DNA of 63,902 nt, filler included. It is 5 parts of 5 records of this genome, joined end to end, with 100 filler letters (N's around TTAATTAATTAA, not from the genome) between each part and the next. Parts side by side here need not be neighbours in the genome. Positions count along the whole stretch, not along the records: positions 26,171 to 40,565 come from SRR20825019_1381; positions 40,666 to 58,007 come from SRR20825019_1383; 3 more parts are not named here. One strand, written 5' to 3'. This document shows positions 30,912-42,041 of this stretch, one piece after another; within the stretch, counting starts at the first letter, position 1; each line of letters opens with the position of its first letter. The notes below the pieces were generated by a model, which saw only the letters and a list, made by a program, of their open reading frames with translations, made no database searches and had not been told where the DNA came from. The translations under genes and the position numbers were made by a program.

Positions 30912-30955
30912 CTCTGGGGCCCAGGCTTGACTGAAAGCTGGGCCGGGCCCCAGAG
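30912..30955 (+). terminator. GC-rich hairpin after the lipoprotein gene
   Basis: ctctggggccc...gggccccagag inverted repeat; no U-tract. Confidence 0.45.
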
Positions 30956-31065
30956 CCACAATCATATTTGAGTCCCTCCACCCTTTCCTTGATAATACGT
31001 CTCTTCAGTTTCAGAGGGCGCCCCGCCCCGTAACCCACTCTCCGTATATCGAGTCATCCGACAGC

Positions 31066-32751
31066 ATGAAAGAGACCGTATCCGAACTGCTCCAGTCTGC
31101 GCTGGCGACCCTGCAATCTGAAGGCACCTTGCCAGCAGATCAGACCTTTACACCACAGGTAGGCAACACCAAGGACAAATCCCACGGTGACTACGCCTGC
31201 AACATTGCTCTGGTCGCATCGAAGGCGGCGGGTTGCCCGCCACGGAAGCTGGCAGAGGCATTGGTGGAACGGTTGCCAGACACCAGCGCTGTCGAGAAAG
31301 TTGAGATTGCAGGCCCCGGCTTTATCAACTTTTTCATGAGCACGGCCAGTGCCTTTGAGGTGGTTAACACCATTCTCGACAACGCCGGGCAGTACGGTCG
31401 TAACAACAACGGCAAGGGCGAGAAGGTCCAGGTGGAGTTTGTCTCCGCCAACCCCACCGGCCCCCTGCACGTGGGCCATGGCCGTGGTGCGGCTATTGGC
31501 GACTGCCTGAGTCGTTTGCTGGAAGCCAATGGTTACGAAGTCACCCGCGAGTTTTACTACAACGATGCAGGCGCGCAGATCAGCAATCTGGCGCTTTCAG
31601 TGCAGTCACGGGTGAAAGGGCTGACACCGGACGACGAAAACTGGCCGGCCGATGGCTACCGCGGTGACTACATCACCGATGTGGCCAATGCCTATCTCGC
31701 CGGCGAAACCGTTACCGCGGACGACCGGGAAGTCACCGGTAAAGCCGATCCGGACGATCAACAAGCCATCCAGGAGTTTGCGGTTGCCTACCTGCGTCGT
31801 GAGCAGGACCTGGACCTGAAAGCTTTTGGCGTGGAGTTCGACGTGTATTTCCTCGAGTCATCGCTGTACGAAGATGGCAAGGTAGAGGAAACCGTCGAGC
31901 GCCTGCAGGAAAACGGCTATACCTACGAACACGACGGCGCCATGTGGCTGAAAACCACCGAATTCGGCGACGACAAAGACCGCGTGATGCGCAAGAAGGA
32001 TGGCGGCTATACCTATTTCCTGCCGGACGTGGCCTACCACCTGAACAAGTGGCAACGGGGTTTCACCACGGTTATCAATGAGCAGGGTGCCGACCACCAC
32101 TCCACCGTCACACGGGTTCGTGCCGGCCTGCAAGCGCTGAACGCCGACATCCCCCAGGATTGGCCGGATTACGTGCTTCACCAGATGGTGATGGTGACCC
32201 GATCCGGGCAGGAAGTGAAGATTTCCAAGCGCGCAGGCAGTTACGTGACGGTCCGTGACCTGATCGACGAAGTGGGCCGCGACGCCACCCGCTTTTTCCT
32301 TGCGGCTCGCAGAGTCGACTCCCAGTTGACTTTCGATATCGATCTGGCCCGCTCCCAGACCAATGAAAACCCGGTCTATTACATTCAGTATGCCCATGCA
32401 CGTATTTGCAGTGTGCTCAGAAAACTGAAAGAGGAAGGGGTTGAGCGCGGCCTGAACGAGTGCGTGGGAGATCTGTCCTTACTGACGCTCGACGAGGAAA
32501 AGGATCTCGCTAACCAGTTGGCCAAGTACCCCGAGCTTATAGAAAGTTCAGCCAAATTGCGGGAACCACATCACCTGACGCACTATCTCAAGGATCTTGC
32601 CGGGCAGTTCCACACCTACTACAACGCCCACAAAGTTCTGATCGAGGATACTGCTGTCCGGGACGCTCGCGTTTCCCTGTATCTTGCCGTGCGGCAGGTG
32701 ATTGCCAATGGTCTCGATCTGCTTGGCGTGAGCGCTCCCGACGAAATGTAG
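31066..32751 (+). CDS. argS: Arginine--tRNA ligase
   Basis: [24 protein letters not shown] and YIQYAHAR motifs. Confidence 0.97.
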   Translation: MKETVSELLQSALATLQSEGTLPADQTFTPQVGNTKDKSHGDYACNIALVASKAAGCPPRKLAEALVERLPDTSAVEKVEIAGPGFINFFMSTASAFEVVNTILDNAGQYGRNNNGKGEKVQVEFVSANPTGPLHVGHGRGAAIGDCLSRLLEANGYEVTREFYYNDAGAQISNLALSVQSRVKGLTPDDENWPADGYRGDYITDVANAYLAGETVTADDREVTGKADPDDQQAIQEFAVAYLRREQDLDLKAFGVEFDVYFLESSLYEDGKVEETVERLQENGYTYEHDGAMWLKTTEFGDDKDRVMRKKDGGYTYFLPDVAYHLNKWQRGFTTVINEQGADHHSTVTRVRAGLQALNADIPQDWPDYVLHQMVMVTRSGQEVKISKRAGSYVTVRDLIDEVGRDATRFFLAARRVDSQLTFDIDLARSQTNENPVYYIQYAHARICSVLRKLKEEGVERGLNECVGDLSLLTLDEEKDLANQLAKYPELIESSAKLREPHHLTHYLKDLAGQFHTYYNAHKVLIEDTAVRDARVSLYLAVRQVIANGLDLLGVSAPDEM

Positions 32752-32806
32752 CAAGTCAGGCTTCATGATCTGAATATTCAGGCACGCAACAGGAACTAAC
32801 CCGGCC

Positions 32807-33439
32807 ATGTCCCGAGACTATGCCCGCAAATCAAGAACGGCCAGCAAACCGGCAACATCAACAAAATCCGCGAGGCCTGCGCGTAAACAAAAGCAGCCCC
32901 CAAAACGCCCTGCTGCGGCCAAGTCACAGCGGGGCGGCTTGTCATTGAAGTGGATTCTGTCACTGGCAGCCGTGGGTGGTTTTATCGGCTTTATTGCCTA
33001 TCTCAACTCACTTCCTACATCCGAGCCTCGCCAGGGTGAAAAAGCCACAACAGCCGAACCACCTGCGGTAAAGGAGAAGCCTTCGGAAACCGCCGCAAAA
33101 GAAAAACCCGGCTTTCACTTTTACGACATGCTTCCTGACTCGGAGGTGGTTCCTCCCGAGGTCGAGGAATATACCCCTGGGCCAGGACAGCAAACGTTTG
33201 ATTACCTGGTGCAGACGGGCTCTTTCCGACAACAGCAAGATGCAGAGAGGCAGCGGGCCGAAATCGCGTTCCAGGGCCTCCGTGCAAAGGTCAAACGCAT
33301 CGACCTCGACAGCGGAAGCATCTGGTACCGCGTCAATGTAGGCCCCTTCACCTCTCGCAGCCAGATGAATGCGGCTATCGACAAGCTGGTCAATCTCAAC
33401 ATTCAGCCTCTGGTCAGGAAGATTCCCAAGGAGGGCTGA
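32807..33439 (+). CDS. ftsN: SPOR-domain cell division protein (FtsN-like)
   Basis: Basic N-terminus, TM helix, FHFYDMLP, SPOR domain; argS-SPOR-hslVU synteny. Confidence 0.75.
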   Translation: MSRDYARKSRTASKPATSTKSARPARKQKQPPKRPAAAKSQRGGLSLKWILSLAAVGGFIGFIAYLNSLPTSEPRQGEKATTAEPPAVKEKPSETAAKEKPGFHFYDMLPDSEVVPPEVEEYTPGPGQQTFDYLVQTGSFRQQQDAERQRAEIAFQGLRAKVKRIDLDSGSIWYRVNVGPFTSRSQMNAAIDKLVNLNIQPLVRKIPKEG

Positions 33440-33536
33440 GCTGCCCTCCCGACTCTCTTTCCTCCCGCCCTTGAAAACCGCCCCCTCGCCTCCATAACTG
33501 CTGAATACCGTTTTCTATCAGGCAAATGGAGCCAGA

Positions 33537-34067
33537 ATGACTACCATACTCTCTGTCAGGCGTGACGATGAAGTTGCCATGGGTGGCGACGGCCAGGTCT
33601 CCCTCGGCAATACCGTAATGAAGGGCAATGCCCGCAAGGTTCGCCGGCTCTATAACGACAAGGTGCTGGCCGGTTTTGCGGGTGGTACCGCCGACGCATT
33701 CACCCTGTTCGAGCGTTTTGAAGCCCAACTCGAGAAACACCAGGGCAACCTTACCCGCGCTGCTGTCGAACTGGCCAAAGACTGGCGAACGGACCGAGCT
33801 CTCCGCCGGCTGGAGGCCCTGCTGGCCGTTGCCGACAAGACAGCATCCCTCATCATTACTGGCAATGGCGACGTTATCGAACCCGAGCAGGGGCTGATTG
33901 CCATTGGCTCAGGCGGTCCGTTTGCCCAAGCATCCGCAAGGGCCTTGCTGGAGAACACCGATCTGAAAGCCAACGAGATTGTGGAGAAGGGCCTGGATAT
34001 CGCGGCCGACATCTGCATCTACACCAACCACAATCGCACCCTCGAAGTGCTCTCAGCCAACGATTGA
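33537..34067 (+). CDS. hslV: HslUV protease peptidase subunit
   Basis: [18 protein letters not shown] and AIGSGG motifs. Confidence 0.97.
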   Translation: MTTILSVRRDDEVAMGGDGQVSLGNTVMKGNARKVRRLYNDKVLAGFAGGTADAFTLFERFEAQLEKHQGNLTRAAVELAKDWRTDRALRRLEALLAVADKTASLIITGNGDVIEPEQGLIAIGSGGPFAQASARALLENTDLKANEIVEKGLDIAADICIYTNHNRTLEVLSAND

Positions 34068-34079
34068 TCCGGAGCTAGC

Positions 34080-35408
34080 ATGTCTGCAATGACCCCCCGT
34101 GAGATTGTCCACGAGCTCAACAAACACATCGTGGGCCAGGAAGAGGCCAAGCGTTCCGTAGCCATCGCCCTGCGCAACCGCTGGCGCAGGATGCAGCTGG
34201 ACAGTGGTCTGCGCGAAGAAATCACACCAAAAAACATCCTTATGATCGGCCCCACCGGTGTGGGTAAAACTGAAATCGCACGCCGTCTTGCCAAACTGGC
34301 CGACGCCCCCTTCCTGAAAGTGGAAGCGACCAAGTTTACCGAAGTGGGCTATGTGGGCCGGGACGTCGAGTCCATTATCCGTGACCTGGCGGACATGGCC
34401 ATCAAGATGCTGCGCGAGAAGGAAATGAAGCGCCACGAGCATCGCGCCATGGACGCCGCCGAGGAACGCATTCTGGATGCCCTGATCCCGCCACCCCGGG
34501 ACTTCAAGGAAGACAGCCAGAAAACCGAAGACTCTTCCACCCGCCAGCTGTTCCGCAAGAAACTGCGCGAGGGCGAGCTGGACGACAAGGAAATCGAAAT
34601 CGACCTGCGTAACAGCGGCGCCGGCGTTGAAATCATGGCACCTCCCGGTATGGAGGAGATGACCAGCCAGCTACAGAACATGTTCTCGAGCATGTCCTCT
34701 GATAAGCGCAAGACCCGCAAGATGAAAGTCGCTGACGCCATGAAGCACGTTCGCGACGAGGAAGCCGCCAAACTGGTCAATGAAGAGGAAATCAAGCAGA
34801 AAGCCATCCAGACCGTCGAGCAGAATGGCATCGTCTTCATCGACGAAATCGACAAGGTGGCCAAGCGCTCCGAGAACACGTCATCCGATGTTTCCCGGGA
34901 AGGTGTGCAACGGGACCTACTGCCCCTGATCGAAGGCAGCACCGTCAGCACCAAGTATGGCTCCGTACGAACGGATCACATCCTGTTTATCGCGTCTGGC
35001 GCGTTTCACCTGTCGAAGCCGTCTGACCTGATTCCGGAATTACAGGGCCGCCTGCCGATCCGTGTTGAGCTGCAGGCACTGACCCCGGATGACTTCAAAC
35101 GCATCCTCACGGAGCCAGATGCCTCTTTGGTACAGCAGTACGAAGCCCTGATGGACACCGAGGGTGTCAAACTGACCTTCACAGAGGACGCCATCGCCCG
35201 TATTGCGGAAGTCGCCTACAAGGTCAACGAAACCACGGAAAATATCGGTGCAAGACGCCTACATACGGTGCTGGAACGACTGCTGGAGAGTCTGTCTTAC
35301 GAGGCAGGTGATCAGGTTACCGACAGCTTCGAGGTTACCGCGGCGTTTGTGGACGAAAAACTGGGTGAGTTGGCTGAAGACGAAGATCTGAGCCGCTATA
35401 TCCTGTGA
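34080..35408 (+). CDS. hslU: HslUV protease ATPase subunit
   Basis: [29 protein letters not shown] and DLSRYIL motifs. Confidence 0.97.
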   Translation: MSAMTPREIVHELNKHIVGQEEAKRSVAIALRNRWRRMQLDSGLREEITPKNILMIGPTGVGKTEIARRLAKLADAPFLKVEATKFTEVGYVGRDVESIIRDLADMAIKMLREKEMKRHEHRAMDAAEERILDALIPPPRDFKEDSQKTEDSSTRQLFRKKLREGELDDKEIEIDLRNSGAGVEIMAPPGMEEMTSQLQNMFSSMSSDKRKTRKMKVADAMKHVRDEEAAKLVNEEEIKQKAIQTVEQNGIVFIDEIDKVAKRSENTSSDVSREGVQRDLLPLIEGSTVSTKYGSVRTDHILFIASGAFHLSKPSDLIPELQGRLPIRVELQALTPDDFKRILTEPDASLVQQYEALMDTEGVKLTFTEDAIARIAEVAYKVNETTENIGARRLHTVLERLLESLSYEAGDQVTDSFEVTAAFVDEKLGELAEDEDLSRYIL

Positions 35409-35466
35409 CCCGCAAGGGCAGGAAGGCCCGAATGTATCCTATTGGGGCGCGCGTTCTTCGCGCCCC

Positions 35467-36711
35467 CTACAAGGCCTTACTGAACAGCTCCGACACATTA
35501 TCAAAGCCCGTCGCCAACTTTCCTTTCTGAGCCCGTTTCTTACGGCCTTTTGCCACATAAAGGGGCAGCATCTCACCGTACAGGCTGGTACTGATGGTGC
35601 GCTGCTCGTCTTCCAGACGATCCCGACGCAGACGAATACCATACTTCGCAAGTTTAGGCTCCAACTCATCCGCACGGTTCAGCAGATCACGCCGCGTCAT
35701 CTGGTAGGCATGCTCACACACCATCCGGCGGGACTGGAAACTGAACACATTGGAGAAGAACAGCTTGGCATCATCGCGGGTCGGCTCGAACAGCAGAATA
35801 TCCTTGTCCGGGTAATCCCGGGTGTACTGCGCAATGCCCGATTGCATTCGGGAGTACACCATAGTGCGGAACATCTGGGACAGCAGGTTTGGCATACCCG
35901 ACCGGGTCAGATCACCCGGCCCCATGGTACCGGCTCGCACAGCTGAGCTCGCATCAATGGGAACCTGTGGATTGACCGCGAAGACCAGATCCGCACCGTC
36001 CTCAAACGCTACGGAGGCGTGCAGCCCCTTTCTCAGAGTACCGTCCACGTAGTAGCGCCCGTCGATGGTGACCGGAACGTAGATGCCCGGCGAAGAGGTG
36101 CTCGCCTGAATCGCCTTTGATATAGGCACGTGATCAAAACCGGGGGCACCGAAACAGACCGCCTCAGTGCTTTCCACATCCGCCGCAACAATATAAAGAC
36201 TGCGCTTAAGCTGCCGGAAATCGTTGGTGCGACCGAGCATGGTAAAGGCCCGCTGCAGATACTCGTGCAGGCCTTCGTTATCGAAAAGGCCCGCAGGCGC
36301 AGCCTGCGCAAGAATCGTCAGCGCTTCCAGCAAGCTCTGGTCATAAGGGTTATTTACGAACCGTCGCACAGCCGTCGTCACCAGACCCGGAACCGCCAGC
36401 AAGCGACTGCCCAGTTCCCGGAACGCCGGGCGATAGAATACTTCCGGATGGAAGGGGTGCACTTCCGCTTCATTGCGCACAAAAATCCGACACAACTGGG
36501 CGGTGGTCATCTGGTTGGCCAGATTGGCCGCAACAAAGGAGCCCGCGTTCACGCCGACGTAAACATCAATATTATTGAAATCAAGGCCATCCAGCGCCTC
36601 ATCGAGCGCGCGCAATGCCCCGATTTCGTAGATACCTCCCAACGGGCCACCGCCGCCGAGGGCCAGGCCGATGCGAGGTTCGGGCTTAATCGCTGTTGTG
36701 GTTGCCGTCAT
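35467..36711 (-). CDS. Patatin-like phospholipase family protein (nucleophile Ser replaced by Asn)
   Basis: LALGGGG oxyanion loop, GVNAG in place of GxSxG, YVDGT. Confidence 0.82.
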   Translation of the reverse strand: MTATTTAIKPEPRIGLALGGGGPLGGIYEIGALRALDEALDGLDFNNIDVYVGVNAGSFVAANLANQMTTAQLCRIFVRNEAEVHPFHPEVFYRPAFRELGSRLLAVPGLVTTAVRRFVNNPYDQSLLEALTILAQAAPAGLFDNEGLHEYLQRAFTMLGRTNDFRQLKRSLYIVAADVESTEAVCFGAPGFDHVPISKAIQASTSSPGIYVPVTIDGRYYVDGTLRKGLHASVAFEDGADLVFAVNPQVPIDASSAVRAGTMGPGDLTRSGMPNLLSQMFRTMVYSRMQSGIAQYTRDYPDKDILLFEPTRDDAKLFFSNVFSFQSRRMVCEHAYQMTRRDLLNRADELEPKLAKYGIRLRRDRLEDEQRTISTSLYGEMLPLYVAKGRKKRAQKGKLATGFDNVSELFSKAL

Positions 36712-36808
36712 TCAATATCCCCATGCGGGTGCGGTTGGCTATTGTTTTCAACATTAGCAGCCAGTTTTAGAGTACACACCCTATATAGGACCAATTGGCT
36801 ATACGCCT

Positions 36809-39115
36809 TCACGAAAGGGCCTTTTCGGCATGGGCAATGGCACTGGACTTGCCCGGGCGCAGATAGCGGCCAAATCCGGCATTGCGCAGGGCCAGATCCA
36901 CACAACTCTTGATAACGTGCGGCGAATCCAGCAACAGCACATCTTCCAGTAGCTGTGCTGACCATTCGCGGCTAACACTGCGAATGACCGACTTGACCTT
37001 GGGCAGGCTGGCCGCGTTCATGGAGAGCGAATCGTAACCCATCGCCATCAACAGCAGCGCGCCGCCAGGGTCACCCGCCAGTTCACCGCAGATACCGACA
37101 GGCTTGCCGACCGCATGGGCGTCCTGTGCTACGCGCACCAGCGCCTGCAACACGGCGGGATGATAGGAATGGTACAGCTGCGCGACCCTGGGATTGTTGC
37201 GATCCACCGCCAGCAGGTATTGGGTCAGGTCGTTTGAGCCAACAGAGAGGAAATCCACGCGATCCGCCAACTCGCGAATCTGATACACCGCCGCCGGAAT
37301 CTCCACCATTACCCCGACCTTGGGCATATGGATGTTGTAACCTTCCTCCCTGACCTCATGATAAACCCGGTAAATCAGGTGGAGGGATTCTTCCACTTCT
37401 GAGATATTGCTGATCATCGGCAGCATGATCTGCAGATTGTTCAGGCCCTCACTCGCCTTGAGCATCGCCCTCACCTGAACCAGGAATATCTCTGGATGAT
37501 CCAGGGTTACCCGGATACCGCGCCAACCCAGAAACGGGTTCTCTTCCTGGATCGGGAAGTACGTCAGCGCCTTATCGCCGCCGATGTCCAGCGTACGCAT
37601 GGTGACAGGGTTCGGGGCAAAGGCTTCCAGTTGCTCGCGGTAGTATTCGCGCTGTTCCTGTTCTGACGGGAACCGGTCCTTGATCATGAACGGCACTTCG
37701 GTGCGGTACAGACCGATACCTTCAGCACCGTGGCTCAGAGAGCGCACCACATCGGTCATCAAACCGGTATTCACCAGCAGCGACACGCGGTGGTTGTCGG
37801 TGGTTTCGCAAGGCAGGTCCCGCAGGGCTTCCAGCCCTTTGACCAACTCATCTTCCTCGTCACAGATTTCCTGGTAGAAGTTCCTCAGGTCCGAGGAGGG
37901 TGACGCAAAAATCTGCCCTTCAAAGCCATCAACAATCAGGTCCTTGCCATCCAGTTGGTTGACCGGAATATCTACCAGCCCCATGACCGTGGGCACCCCC
38001 ATGGCACGTGCCAGGATGGCAACGTGGGAGTTGCTGGAGCCCTTGACCGACACCAAACCGACCAGTTGCCCTTTGGGCACTTCCCCGAGCATGGCCGGCG
38101 TCAGTTCTTCACTGACCAGGACCGTATTCTCAGGATAGACCGTGTCCTTCTGCTCACCTTCCTGCAAGTGGGACAACAAACGGCGGCCGAGATCCCGGAT
38201 GTCGACAGCCCGCTCCTGCAGGTAGTGATCGTCCATCATTTCAAAGTGACGAACGTACTGCTGAACCACCTGTTTCAGCGCGCCCTGAGCCCAGAAACCT
38301 TCCTTGATCCGGTTGCCCACCTCACCTGGCATTGCGTCATCGCCCAGCATACGCAAATAGACATCGAACAGAGCCTGCTCTTCCGGGCGAAGCTGGGAAG
38401 CGAGCCGGGCCGCCACCCGCTCAATATCTTCCCGAACCGCAGTTACCGCGCCATCAAACAGCGACAGTTCCAATTCAATATCGTCGGTGGGCTTCTCAGG
38501 CACTACGTCCAGGTCGGCGGCAGGGTACACCACCACACCCTTGCCAATGGCAACGCCCGGCGCACCAGGCACACCACTGAAACTGACATCGGTCGCTTCT
38601 TCACCGGTCAGGGAAAGACCGCTGATGGCGCCCGTTGCCTCGCTGTGGGCGATCACACCGGCCAATTGAGCCGAAACGGTAACCAGGAAGGCTTCTTCAC
38701 CCTCGTCAAAGCAGCGCGAACTTTCCCGTTGCTGAACAACAAGAACACCAAGAACCCGGCGATGGTGAATGATGGGAACACCCAGGAACGAGCGGAAACG
38801 CTCTTCGCCAGTCTCAGGAAAGTAACGATAGCGGGGGTGGGATGGAGCATCTTCAAGGTTGATAGGCTCCTCCCGGGAGCCAACCAGACCAATCAGGCCC
38901 TCGGAATAAGCCAGGCTGACCTGCCCTACTGCTTGCTGGTACAAGCCTTCCGTGGCCATTAATATGTAGCGATTTGTGGCTGGATCAAGCAAATAAACCG
39001 AGCAAACCTCGGTATCCATGGCTTTCTGCACCCGCGAAACAATGACATCCAGCGCCTCCTGCAAATCGCGGGCACTGTTTACCTCTTGTACAAGACTTCG
39101 CAGTATGCTCAGCAT
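36809..39115 (-). CDS. ptsP: PTS(Ntr) enzyme I
   Basis: N-terminal GAF domain, SNSHVAIL, GIGLYRTE and GSNDLTQY; follows rppH. Confidence 0.96.
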   Translation of the reverse strand: MLSILRSLVQEVNSARDLQEALDVIVSRVQKAMDTEVCSVYLLDPATNRYILMATEGLYQQAVGQVSLAYSEGLIGLVGSREEPINLEDAPSHPRYRYFPETGEERFRSFLGVPIIHHRRVLGVLVVQQRESSRCFDEGEEAFLVTVSAQLAGVIAHSEATGAISGLSLTGEEATDVSFSGVPGAPGVAIGKGVVVYPAADLDVVPEKPTDDIELELSLFDGAVTAVREDIERVAARLASQLRPEEQALFDVYLRMLGDDAMPGEVGNRIKEGFWAQGALKQVVQQYVRHFEMMDDHYLQERAVDIRDLGRRLLSHLQEGEQKDTVYPENTVLVSEELTPAMLGEVPKGQLVGLVSVKGSSNSHVAILARAMGVPTVMGLVDIPVNQLDGKDLIVDGFEGQIFASPSSDLRNFYQEICDEEDELVKGLEALRDLPCETTDNHRVSLLVNTGLMTDVVRSLSHGAEGIGLYRTEVPFMIKDRFPSEQEQREYYREQLEAFAPNPVTMRTLDIGGDKALTYFPIQEENPFLGWRGIRVTLDHPEIFLVQVRAMLKASEGLNNLQIMLPMISNISEVEESLHLIYRVYHEVREEGYNIHMPKVGVMVEIPAAVYQIRELADRVDFLSVGSNDLTQYLLAVDRNNPRVAQLYHSYHPAVLQALVRVAQDAHAVGKPVGICGELAGDPGGALLLMAMGYDSLSMNAASLPKVKSVIRSVSREWSAQLLEDVLLLDSPHVIKSCVDLALRNAGFGRYLRPGKSSAIAHAEKALS

Positions 39116-39130
39116 GGCGGGTTCAATCCG

Positions 39131-39661
39131 TCATTTCTGTGTGTCCTTCGCGCGTCGGGAAGGCTCGCTCTGGCGCCACTGTTCCATGTTGTAAAACAGC
39201 CGCGGCGCGAGCTCTCGCAGCGCACGTCGATAGACCTCGCGTTTAAACGATACGACCTGCCCAAGCGGGTACCAGTAGCTAACCCACTGCCAGCCGTCGA
39301 ATTCCGGCGAGTCCGTGCCGTCCACGCGTACCTGCGCATCCGGCGAAAGCATCCTCAGCAGGAACCATTTCTGTTTTTGTCCCACGCAGACCGGGTGCGA
39401 ATTGTGGCGCACCATCCTGCGAGGGAGGCGGTATCTCAGCCAGCCACGGGTACAGCTGATGATTTCCACATCGCCTGTACCGAGACCAATTTCCTCCGCC
39501 AGTTCCCTGTAAAGGGCCTCTTCCGGTGATTCGTCGTGCTTGATACCACCTTGAGGGAACTGCCAGGAGTCCTGCCCTATTCGCCTTGCCCAGAGGACTT
39601 CCCCCCTGTGATTGGCCAGAATGATTCCGACGTTGGGTCTGAAACCGTCCGAATCGATCAC
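39131..39661 (-). CDS. rppH: RNA pyrophosphohydrolase
   Basis: [13 protein letters not shown], Nudix box WQFPQGG...[15 protein letters not shown]. Confidence 0.96.
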   Translation of the reverse strand: MIDSDGFRPNVGIILANHRGEVLWARRIGQDSWQFPQGGIKHDESPEEALYRELAEEIGLGTGDVEIISCTRGWLRYRLPRRMVRHNSHPVCVGQKQKWFLLRMLSPDAQVRVDGTDSPEFDGWQWVSYWYPLGQVVSFKREVYRRALRELAPRLFYNMEQWRQSEPSRRAKDTQK

Positions 39662-39835
39662 GGCACAGTCCTCTTAAAAGTCGGTTGGCCGGATTAAAAA
39701 TTCACCGGCCGGATTTATCCAAGTTGCTCTCATTCTTACAGAATCCCAAGGCTTCGGCAAACGAAGCCGACGGCGGCGCGTCATGCTAGACTGTTGCGCC
39801 TGTGACAGTCGTCGTTTTTGCCGGAGGTATCCAAG

Positions 39836-40492
39836 TTGACGCTCGCGATTTTTGATCTCGATAACACCCTGCTCGCCGGAGACAGCGACCATGCCTGGGG
39901 GGAATTCCTGGTGGAAGAGTCGATTGTGGATGCGGAGGAATACCGGCTGGCAAACGACCGCTTCTATGAGGAGTATCTGAATGGAGAGCTGGACATCATG
40001 CGCTACCTGAGCTTTGCCCTTCAGCCTCTTGCACGGCATGACACGGAACAGCTGCTGGCCTGGCGCGAACAGTTTATGGCGAAGAAAATCCAGCCTATGA
40101 TGCTCGAAAAAGCCAAGGCATTGCTGGATAGCCATCGGGCCGATGGCCATACCTTGATGATCATCACTGCAACCAACCGGTTCGTTACCGAGCCAGTGGC
40201 TAAGCTGCTGGACATTGATCACCTGATTGCCACCGAGCCAGAGATGGTCAATGGGCGCTATACGGGGGAGGTTGCAGGTATTCCCAGCTTCCAGGACGGG
40301 AAGGTAGCCCGCCTGAATGACTGGCTGGAATCAACTGGAGAAAGTCTCGAGGGCGCCTGGTTCTATAGCGACTCCCACAACGATGCCCCCTTACTGCGCA
40401 AAGTCGCAAATCCGGTAGCGGTAGACCCGGATCCGACGCTTGAAAACATTGCGAAAGAAAATGGCTGGAAGATTATGAGCCTTCGAGGTTAA
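39836..40492 (+). CDS. HAD-IB hydrolase (SerB-like / histidinol-phosphatase-like)
   Basis: FDLDNTLL, ITAT and FYSDSHND motifs; GGAGG RBS before TTG. Confidence 0.85.
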   Translation: MTLAIFDLDNTLLAGDSDHAWGEFLVEESIVDAEEYRLANDRFYEEYLNGELDIMRYLSFALQPLARHDTEQLLAWREQFMAKKIQPMMLEKAKALLDSHRADGHTLMIITATNRFVTEPVAKLLDIDHLIATEPEMVNGRYTGEVAGIPSFQDGKVARLNDWLESTGESLEGAWFYSDSHNDAPLLRKVANPVAVDPDPTLENIAKENGWKIMSLRG

Positions 40493-40529
40493 CTGCCATC
40501 GTCTGGGCCAGTCAGCGGGGGCGCTACTC

Positions 40530-40565
40530 CGGGAGCGTCAAAAACATGGATGTTTTTGTCGAGCG
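40530..40565. repeat. Start of a palindromic intergenic repeat, cut by the contig end
   Basis: caaaaacat-gg-atgtttttg perfect inverted repeat at 40539-40558. Confidence 0.5.
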
Positions 40566-40665
40566 NNNNNNNNNNNNNNNNNNNNNNNNNNNNNNNNNNN
40601 NNNNNNNNNTTAATTAATTAANNNNNNNNNNNNNNNNNNNNNNNNNNNNNNNNNNNNNNNNNNNN
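40566..40665. other. Artificial contig linker
   Basis: N44-TTAATTAATTAA-N44. Confidence 0.98.
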
Positions 40666-41378
40666 GCTTCCGTCGGCGTGAACACGCCGCCGTACAGACC
40701 GCCCAGAACAAGAACCGGCATCAGAAGCGCCGGCAGGGCTTCCTGGAAGGACTTCCAGCAGTGCTCGAGACTGAATGTCCCGGCCGGCAGCTTCACGATG
40801 AAGACCGAAACGGTAACGATGATGATCGCATCGCTAATCGCGAGCATGAGACCGGGAATCACCCCGGCGAAGAAAAGATCGACGATCGACACTTCGGTGA
40901 TCACGCCGAACAGGATCAGCGTGATGCTCGGCGGGATCAGCAGTGCGATCCCTCCCGCCGACGCAATGACACCCGCCGCCATCCATTTCGGATAACCGCG
41001 CTTGATCATCTCAGGATAGGCGATCACGCTCATTGCGGCAGCCATCGCCGTGGACGATCCGGAAATTGCACCGAACAGTACCGCCGCCAACAATGTCGCG
41101 TAGGCAAAGCCTCCGGGCACCCAGCCGATCAGAGCATCCGCAAAATTGAAGAGCCCGCGGACCAGTCCGGTCTTCTCCATGAGGAAGCCGGCATAGATGA
41201 AGAACGGAATGGCGATCAGCGTGTATTTGCTGACAAAGATGTAGAACGCCTCGAACAGCGTGCTGAACGACAGGAAATCGTCGAACATCACCAGGATGGC
41301 GGCCGATCCCGCGAGCGAGATGCCGATGGGCACGCCGACGAGAAGCAGTACGAATAACGCTGAAGCTAGCCAGATCAA
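40666..41378 (-). CDS. TRAP transporter large permease (DctM), 3' truncated
   Basis: LIAIPFFIYAG, FGAISGSS, LIPPSI and GVFTPTEA motifs. Confidence 0.92.
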
Positions 41379-41411
41379 AATGTGGGTTCCGCTCTTTCGC
41401 CCGATGCCCGC

Positions 41412-41963
41412 TCAGACATCGGTTGTGAATTCGATCGCGCTGTCGAGATGCTCACCGCGCGCGTAACTGATCATGTCCTCGATCAACTGGAGGAAGGCGA
41501 TGAAGGCCATCATGAGAAAGCCGAACATCAGGATCAGGTAGAATGGCCATTGGGGGATCAGCAGGCTGTAGGTCGTAAGGTCACGGTTCCACGCGTAGCT
41601 CAACGTGGACCAGCCGGTAATCCCCACCGCGCCGCAGAAGAGAGCGGTCGCCGCCGAGACGAAGATCTTCAGGAGACCGATCGTCCTGTAGTATCCCCGG
41701 GCGTGCAGCAGTTGCACGACAGCACTCATCACCAGGTGGCCACGCCGTATCTGGGTCACGCCGAAATACAGCGCGACCGCGGAAACCATGCCGACGATGA
41801 TCCCGTCCTGTCCCCATTCGAAGACGACCCCGAAGATATAGCGCCGCACGATCTCCAGCAGCGCGAATATAGTCAGCACCAGCAGCAGAGCCGACGCGAT
41901 CCAGCCGAGCACCAGTTGCACCGCATCCTTCACGCGTTGCGAGGAAGCCAGAAAACCGTCCAT
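41412..41963 (-). CDS. TRAP transporter small permease (DctQ)
   Basis: Four TM helices, EIVRRY...W...RRGH; lies between DctP and DctM. Confidence 0.85.
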   Translation of the reverse strand: MDGFLASSQRVKDAVQLVLGWIASALLLVLTIFALLEIVRRYIFGVVFEWGQDGIIVGMVSAVALYFGVTQIRRGHLVMSAVVQLLHARGYYRTIGLLKIFVSAATALFCGAVGITGWSTLSYAWNRDLTTYSLLIPQWPFYLILMFGFLMMAFIAFLQLIEDMISYARGEHLDSAIEFTTDV

Positions 41964-42041
41964 GTCGGTAAACGTCCTATTTGAGAGTGGAGGGGTCGCA
42001 GTGCATCTGCGGCCCCTCGCTTTTTCCAGACAGCGTGAACG

